Shown here in pieces: positions 53,868 through 61,979 of a stretch of DNA of 61,979 bases (positions are counted from its first letter, which is position 1; each line of letters opens with the position of its first letter). The notes under the pieces were generated by a model. It saw only the letters and a list, made by a program, of their open reading frames with translations. It did no database searches and was not told where the DNA came from. The DNA is from Octopus sinensis (Eukaryota): positions 1-61,979 of the forward strand of contig NW_021832241.1 of the NCBI RefSeq assembly GCF_006345805.1, written 5' to 3'. The position numbers were made by a program, and so were the translations under genes.

Positions 53868-54280
53868 GGCGCAGGAGTGGCTGTGTGGTAAGTAGCTTGT
53901 TTACCAACCACATGGTTCCGGGTTCAGTCCCACTGCGTGGCACCTTGGGTAAGTGTCTTCAAACTATAGCCTCGGGCCGTCCAATGCCTTGTGAGTGGAT
54001 TTGGTAGACGGAAACTGAAAGAAGCCTGTCGTATATATATGTATATATATGTATGTGCGTGTATGTTTGTGTGTCTGTGTTTGTCCCCCTAGCATTGCTT
54101 GACAACCGATGCCGGTGTGTTTACGTCGCCGTCACTTAGCGGTTCGGCAAAAGAGACCGATAGAATAAGTACTGGGCTTACAAAAAAAGAATAAGTCCTG
54201 GGGTCGAGTTGCTCGAGTAAAGGCGGTGCTCCAGCATGGCCGCAGTCAAATGACTGAAACAAGTAAAAGAGAGAAAAGAG
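53868..54280 (+). mobile_element. SINE family A
   Basis: Full match. Confidence 0.9.
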
Positions 54281-54364
54281 ATAAAAAAAAAACAAAAAAA
54301 CTAGAAACACTGTTGCAGACAGATTTACCAGAGAGAAATTGATATGAGATTCGGATTGGAATGT

Positions 54365-55600
54365 GTGTCAAGGCAATTTTGAAGAGAGAAAAAGTTAATT
54401 AAGAACTAATATCGTCTTACATAAAGAAATAGAGATAAGAAAATTACACAAAACGCAGACTTGCAAAAAATACTTAATCAATGATGTAGACAGTGTACAG
54501 CAGACATAAGTGAAAGAAACGCTTTGGAAAGAAAATTACTTAATACTTAGATACAGATAAATGCAAAAATAAGGCAATAAGAATCAATACTGTAGCCATC
54601 CCGGTAATAATTTACAGATATCAATACTCACAAACGGGTACTAAACAAACTAGGAAGGGAAAACAAACAAAAAAGAACGAGGAATGGTGACTGCGTTTAG
54701 AATACATTACTCGAGTCTGATATATAAAGATATTTGCAGCGTAATACAGCATAATATAGGGAGATAGAGGCTTCTAAAACTAGAAAAATATTATAAAATA
54801 TCCACTGTGGGGCAAAAATATGTGCTAACGAATAAAGAGTAACTAATAGAAATAAATAGACAAATATCTGTAAACTAGCAGTATCGCCCGGCGTTGCTCG
54901 GTTTTGTAAGGGAAATAACTATATAAGCATTTTTAGAGAGTTATAGCCAAAAAATAGCAAAAAATGCATTAAAAATGGGAAAAAATGATGGTAAATTTTT
55001 TTTTAAATCGTTGACTCATCGTAGACATTTTTAGAGAGTTACTCCCCTTATATAATAGCGAAAAAATGCATTAAAAATGGGAAAAAATTATGGTAAATTT
55101 TTTTTAAATCGTAGACTCATCGTAGACGCGCGCTAATACCCAGAAGGGCTCGATATGAATCACGACTATCTTAGATACCCGCTTTTGATTAAACTGCACG
55201 GCAAAATGTGGGAGTAGTTAGGAATCTAAATCGTAGGAGACAGACACACAACTTGACTTTTATATATAAAGATATTTGCAGCATAATATAGGGAGATAGA
55301 GGCTTCTAAAACTAGAAAAATATTATAAAATATCCACTGTGGGGCAAAAATATGTGCTAACGAATAAAGAGTAACTAAAAGAAATAAATAGACAAATATC
55401 TGTAAATTAGACAATATGAACATCCAAGAATTATTTTCCTGTCTTGAAGGAAACCAAGAGATACTAAACAGAGGCTAGAATAACAAAACCAGAGCGGAAA
55501 TTAGGAAAAAGAAAACTGCAAGCTAAGCTTAAACGTGATTAAGAATACCAAGCTGAATGACAAATTAAGATGACGAATAAAGACCCTACATTGTCAACAC
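54365..55600 (+). mobile_element. Highly decayed R4/NeSL-type LINE RT C-terminal region, interrupted by a Helitron
   Basis: Recognisable motifs AKNKAI.INTVAIPVIIY and G.RGLLKLEKYYKISTVG across frameshifts. Confidence 0.6.
54875..55272 (-). mobile_element. Non-autonomous Helitron (family H1, internal duplication)
   Basis: Same termini as 10073-10373; internal ~95-bp segment duplicated. Confidence 0.85.
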
Positions 55601-55657
55601 CTAGAAATAAAAACAAAAAGAAAAGAAAAGAAAAGAAAAACGTACTATTCATCTGAT

Positions 55658-56052
55658 TTTTTTTTTTTAGGAAGCAATCCGTCGGTTACGACGATGAGGA
55701 TTCCGGTTGATCCGAATCAACGGAACAGCCTGCTCGTGAAATTAACGTGTAAGTGGCTGAGCACTCCACAGACACATGTACCCTTAACGCAGTTCTCGGG
55801 GATACTCAGCGTGACACAGAGAGTGACAAGGCCGGTCCTTTGAAATACAGGTACAACAGAAACAGGAAGTAAGAGTGAGAGAAAGTTGTGATGAAAGAGT
55901 ACAGCAGGGATCACCACCATCCCCTGCCGGAGCCTCGTGGAGCTTTTAGGTGTTTTCGCTCAATAAACACTCACAACGCCCGGTCTGGGAATCGAAACCG
56001 CGATCCTATGACCGCGAGTCCGCTGCCCTAACCACTGGGCCATTGCGCCTCT
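55658..56052 (-). mobile_element. SINE family C, full length with poly(A) tail
   Basis: TSD tattcatYtgat at 55646-55657 and 56053-56064. Confidence 0.88.
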
Positions 56053-56709
56053 TATTCATTTGATGAGCAGTGAGTCACTCAGCAAAGAACGACAACCTGT
56101 GTTTCACAGAGACACCGTTTTTCAACCCGAGCTCTCCTGAAACAACTAGAGCAATCTGTGAATCTCTATATTAGAAATCTGTGTATCTCGATGGCTTTAG
56201 CCACCCGGCGCATGCGTGGATGGATATAAAGAAGAGTTATTGCTAAACACAGCGGATGGCAGATAAGGAAACACAAATCTAGTCTGTTTATACATTGATT
56301 ACCGAAATGTCATTGGCATTATTATTTCACGTTACATATCTGCATTCTTTGAAACACTTGAGGTTGTACAAAAAACCAAAAAAAACAAAAAACAATAATA
56401 AAGAAATATACAAAGCACGCAATAAATATATACGCAGAAAATATCAAAAATCCAATGTCGAAAAATATAATAAATAAACAAGTTTAAAATACCCCAGTCA
56501 TGTGCAAATCCATTGGTATAAAAGAATAGAGGGTTGGATGAGATGGTTGGATGGTGTTAAGAAACGAGTGGTAGAGCGGAGATCAGTGGAAGGCGTTAAT
56601 GGCTAGTCTGCCTTCGAACACATTGAAGTAGATCCATATGCACTCCACACACGATCACATCCGCATATATATATATATATATATAATATATATATAATAT
56701 AATATATAT

Positions 56710-57083
56710 ATAACTTATAAAATAAGGGCAAGAGAAAAATTCTAATGTCAAATATGCCGAAAAAAGTTGTCAATAATTGTCAACAGATTTTCTATTTTTG
56801 GATATATTTGGGGAACTTAGGTCTGCTCAGGACTTAGTGCTTGCTTTTTCCATGGGTATGAATAAGTATTCCATTTATGTCTTACGTATTAATCGCTGAC
56901 GAGGGGAAAATTCTTAGGAATTAACCCCGAAATTGGGACCAATACGGTTATAACGGAATTTTTTAGAAATTTCTATCGGCATGTTTCGGGACGCATAAAT
57001 TATAATGGTTATTGACAATTTTGTCTTTTTTTCGGCATATTTGGCATTAGAATTTTTCTCTTGCCCTTATTTTATAAGTTATT
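56710..57083. mobile_element. Penelope-like terminal fragment: ~70-bp inverted repeats enclosing an HHR
   Basis: 56710-56776 is the reverse complement of 57009-57083 (few differences); PLE identity is inferred from the HHR plus inverted-terminus architecture. Confidence 0.55.
56890..56950 (+). ncRNA. Canonical type I hammerhead ribozyme
   Basis: Stem I TAATCG/CGGTTA; CTGACGA at 56896-56902; stem II GGGG/CCCC extended by AATTC/GAATT; GAAA at 56929-56932; stem III ATTG-ggac-CAAT; AUA site (cleavage predicted after 56944). Confidence 0.85.
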
Positions 57084-57289
57084 TATAGATTTAACCTTTA
57101 AAGGTATTTTTTGATATGCTGGCCATTGATAAAAAATTTTTCTCTCGAAAAAAATCTTATCCTACATTAGTTATATATATATATAATATATATATTATAT
57201 ATATATATATATATACTATATATATAATAATATATATAATATATATATATAATATATATATATATATAATATATATATATATATACATA

Positions 57290-57480
57290 TAAATATATAA
57301 AGTTAATCCAAACATAAAACACAAGAGAAAACACAACAAAGCGAGGACGTGAAACAAGCATAGTGTTATTGGACGCTCAGGAAGGAAAGAAAGAGGATTT
57401 AACGTTTCGAGTGGAGCTCTTCGTCAGAAAGGAAAGATCCAAGGAAGGGAAGACGGAGGAAAAAAAATCGCTAACGATAC
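57290..57480 (-). mobile_element. Penelope-like terminal fragment with minimal HHR-like motif (57397-57431)
   Basis: Minus strand CTTT-CTGACGA-A-GAG-ctcca-CTC-GAAA-CG-TT-AAA. Confidence 0.55.
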
Positions 57481-57502
57481 ACACGCGGTCACATATTGAA
57501 TG

Positions 57503-57561
<59 letters not shown>

Positions 57562-58300
57562 GATATATATAATATACATGTACACTGTAGAAAAGGAAGA
57601 GGAGAATGAGATGGCTCCGTGACGTTGTAGCATCAATGATAACAGCAATAACAACAATAATAAAGATAACCCCTTTAGGAGAAGAATTTTCGATGCCATT
57701 GACACGTACTACAACGAAGCCTTGACCACCGGTGACTTTAAGGATAAGATTAGCTATAGTCCGACCCCAACCCCCACCAAGAGAAAACCACGCCCCTATT
57801 TTCTCTGAATGACAAAAACTTGTTTCGGTAGGATCGTCCTTGGTTTAGTCGATAAACACTTTCGTTTAACGCGTAGATAAAGAAAAATATTTAACAGATA
57901 CACTTTGAGGGGCTCTTTTAGCTGTTCATGAGCATAGACAAAATTTTAGCAAGAAGGAACAATTCTGAAAGAGGCAGGTTACTCGTGCAGAGGTAACACT
58001 ACATGGCAACTTAATGCCCATTGCAATGCAGAAGCCGTTCTGTATGAGGTAGACATGATGTCAAAGGATCGTAGTGGAGAAAGAGATGTGCGGTAATATG
58101 TAGAGCGATAGAAGGTGCTTTCAGAACCAGATTCAACAATCGCAGGTCTTCGTTTAATATCTAAAAGAGGCTAAACATCACAACTCTAGCGAGGCATAGA
58201 TTGGAAGAAGATGCTGTACATTACGACAACAAGAGAAGGAATGCAAGATTTACTTTAACCACAATATAAAGAGCAGGCTCCGCTTGGCGGTGAAAAAGCT

Positions 58301-58566
58301 AATCATCATCATCATTGTTCGACCGTGGTCGAGACAATGGAATTTATCATGCTACGCCAGACTTCACGGTCCATCATGGCATTACGGAGGTCCTGTTGCT
58401 GGATGCCTATATCCCTGGAGATTACATCAGGGTAGGAGAGTGTGCACCCTCTGGTATTGCGAGTAGATGGCTTCCAGAGGAGAAGAGTAGAAATTACCTC
58501 TTTTTCAGCTCTACAACAATGTCCAGCAAACTGGACTCTTCTACCTTTCACAAGAGATGACACAGA
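58301..58566 (-). mobile_element. 5'-truncated RTE LINE 3' end, same family as 1918-2292
   Basis: SSLVKGRRVQFAGHCCRAEKE...AMMDREVWRSMINSIVSTTVEQ* with (TGA)n tail. Confidence 0.88.
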
Positions 58567-58869
58567 ACTCTCTTGACCTGAGAACTTACTTAGTCAAGTT
58601 TTTGTTCCTGTCCTCCTGAGCTTAAATTTTTAAGAACATATTGGTCGAGTGCACCATCAGTAAAAGCATTAGCGCTCTTCCCATCGGGGTTTCTCTTCAC
58701 AACAATCTGAGAAATTAGCATACGGTTTGCTGCGCCCAACTTCTATATATGCACAAACCTAAACACATATACATCATCACACATACAATTAACCCTACCT
58801 TTCCAACCTCTTTCCCCCTTCTTTGGTCTACAACCCTGTACTATATTGTTTTATTAGGGTGTATAAATA

Positions 58870-59340
58870 GGCGCAGGAGTGACTGTGTGGTAAGTAGCTT
58901 GCTTACCAACTACATGGTTCCGGGTTCAGTCCTACTGCGTGGCACCTTGGGCATGTATCTTTTACTACAGACTCGGGCCGACAAAAGCCTTGTGAGTGGA
59001 TTTGGTAGACTGAAACTGAAAGAAGCCCGTCGTGTGTATATATATATGTATGTGTGTATGTATGTATATATGTATGTATATATATATATATATAAATATA
59101 TATGTGTGTGTGTGTGGGAGGTAGTATATGCATATGCTTGTGTGTCCGAGTTTGTCCGCCCATCATCACTTGACAACCGATGTTGTTGCGTTTACATACC
59201 CGTAACTTCGCGGTTCGGCAAAAGAGACCGAAAGAATAAGTACTAGGCTTACAAAGAATAAGTGCTGTGGTCGATCTGTTCGACTAATAAGGCGGTGCTC
59301 CAGCATGGCCGCAGTCAAATGACTGAAACAAATGAGAGAA
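58870..59340 (+). mobile_element. SINE family A (more diverged)
   Basis: Head/CORE/tail match. Confidence 0.88.
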
Positions 59341-59379
59341 TATATATATATGCAAATACGTGTATATAAATAAATATAT

Positions 59380-59438
<59 letters not shown>

Positions 59439-59458
59439 TATATATATACTTGTTATAT

Positions 59459-59700
59459 TTATATTCCTGAGCGCCATACTAATACAATTGTTTGTTTGTA
59501 CTCCACCTGCCTTCGTCTTTTGTTTATTTTCATAAAGCTTTTTTCTCTCCTTGTTTCTTTTCTGTGTATCTTTCTGTCGAAGAGCGTAGGCTCGAAACGT
59601 AAAAGACTTGTTTTATTTCTATTCCTGAGCGCCAAACTAATACAATTGTTTGATTGTACTCCACCTACCTTCGTCTTTTGTTTATTTTCGTACACACCTT
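59459..59700 (+). mobile_element. Penelope-like terminal fragment with partial tandem repeat and variant HHR-like motif
   Basis: ~70-bp direct repeat (about 59459-59530 and 59617-59690) flanking TCTTT-CTGTCGA-A-GAGC-gtag-GCTC-GAAA-CG-TA-AAAGA (59569-59606). Confidence 0.6.
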
Positions 59701-59701
59701 C

Positions 59702-59767
<66 letters not shown>

Positions 59768-60274
59768 TATAGGCACACACATATGTATTTTGAACTACAT
59801 CTACACATATACACCATCTCTGTATAAGCTATTCTGTATTACAGAATACATCAATAGAGTCTTAGCTAGCATTATGAATTCACTGTTGTAAAACACCATT
59901 ATATACAATATCTCCGTGAGCAGTAAAAAAGAGGTCAGCCAGGCTAGTTTCAATCCTGATCAAAGAGTTCATCAGGAACTGAGTACTCGTTTTAATTGTC
60001 CACGGATGCAATGTTTATAAACCCACTACTGCTAAAAGCTTAAGAAAATTGGACGGGTTCCCGTATTATATCAAATTTTTGGCAGCGCGTTGGATAATTA
60101 AATTACTGATGCGTTAATAGTGTTTTGTTTCAATGCTGTTACTGTACAGACAATATCTATAGATTTTTGGCCAACAGTGTATGTAATAGGCAGATGTAAC
60201 ACACCCGTAACACACACATACATACACACCCACTCACAAACACACCAATACACACACACACACTATATATATAT

Positions 60275-60343
<69 letters not shown>

Positions 60344-60448
60344 CCATATAATGTACACACGCAAATACACACATCTATATTGTGTGCATATACATATATA
60401 TGTAATATATATATATAATGTACGCACGAAAATACACCATCTATATAT

Positions 60449-60490
<42 letters not shown>

Positions 60491-60976
60491 ATATGTACAT
60501 GTATATATGTATATATATAATATATACATACACATACACACACACACACATATATATATATATAATATACATACATACCTATATATATTTATACACATAC
60601 TCATTATATATATATATTGTACATGGGGTTATTTGTATATGTATATATAATATATATATATATATATATATTTGTGTATGCCTGTGTGCGTGCATGTGTC
60701 TAATGTATATATACACACATATCCGTTTATATGCATGTATGTACGTATGTATGTATGTATGTATGTATGTATGTATGTATGTATGTATGTATGTATTTAT
60801 GTATGTATGTATGTATGTATGTATTTATGTATGTACGCAATGTGCAAGGCGTGCAGGGCTGTGAGAACAGCAATATGTTCCATTTCTCACCTTCGTCATC
60901 CATATTGGAGCAAATTATCAGAACTTCAAACAATGATCAAAGAACAATATAACATCTCACAAACAACAATAACAAT

Positions 60977-61008
<32 letters not shown>

Positions 61009-61329
61009 GCGCATTTAGCAAACACTACTAGTAGCAGCGCCAACAACAACAACAACATCAAGAAGAACAGTAACAACATCAATATTTCACCTCTATCGAT
61101 TAATTCTGTATTATGAAATTCTGTTCTCGGGGGATTATCACTAATTTTCGGATATTTTCCCTTTGAAGTGACCAAGGTGTAAAGACAACAACAAACAACA
61201 AACAACAAACAATAACAACAACTAAAACAACAACAAACAACGAAAGCAAAAACGGTTGCAGCAGCAGAGTAACAAAAACAACAACAACAACAACAACAAT
61301 TACTACTACTACTACAGCATGAACGTGTT

Positions 61330-61376
61330 TATGACGATGATGATGATGATGATGATGGTGGTGATGATGATGGTGG

Positions 61377-61420
<44 letters not shown>

Positions 61421-61430
61421 GTGATGATGG

Positions 61431-61476
<46 letters not shown>

Positions 61477-61781
61477 GATGGTGATGATGGTGATGATGAC
61501 GGTTGATGAGGTGATGATGATGATGATGATGATGGTGGTGATGATGATGATGATGGTGGTGGTGGTGATGGTGATGGTGGTGGTGGTGATGATGATGATG
61601 ATGGTGATGATGGTGATGATGATGATGATAATGATGGTGGTGGTGATGATGATGGTGATGATGATGATGATGATGATGATGATGGTGATGATGACGGTGA
61701 TGGTGATGATGATGATGATGATGATGGTGGTGGTGATGATGATGGTGATGATGATGATGATGGTGATGGTGATGATGATGG

Positions 61782-61812
<31 letters not shown>

Positions 61813-61850
61813 AGCAATTATGATGCTCGCGATGGTAACGATAAAAATGG

Positions 61851-61882
<32 letters not shown>

Positions 61883-61920
61883 TGGTGGTGGGTGGTGTGG
61901 TGGGCGGTGGCGGTGGCGGT
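61330..61920. repeat. (GAT)n/(GGT)n compound microsatellite
   Basis: Direct inspection. Confidence 0.95.
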
Positions 61921-61979
61921 GGCGGTGGCGTCGGTGGGTTAGGGTGAATAAACGATCGACGTTCTCTAAAACAGCTGAG

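Overview
Repeat-dominated, AT-rich eukaryotic DNA, most likely from an octopod cephalopod (Octopus-type tRNA-derived SINEs and very dense AT/AC/TACA/AGAT/ATT microsatellites; this assignment rests on pattern recognition, not a search). No host protein-coding gene could be identified with confidence, so the window looks intronic or intergenic. Almost all ORFs in the supplied track are translated microsatellites. Supported content: four tRNA-derived SINE families (over 20 copies, several with clear TSDs), RTE, R4/Dong-type and Tx1/L1-type LINE remnants, a decayed Ty3/gypsy gag-pol, mariner fragments, MITEs, four non-autonomous Helitrons and Penelope-like terminal fragments. The most notable signal is a set of hammerhead ribozyme (HHR) motifs read by eye: one canonical type I HHR (56890-56950) inside a ~70-bp inverted repeat, one minimal HHR within a chain of hairpins (40394-40438), several variant or degenerate minimal HHRs, and one candidate whose three strands occur in a non-canonical order (3918-3978). 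Coordinates of degenerate elements are approximate; no alignments or folding programs were run.
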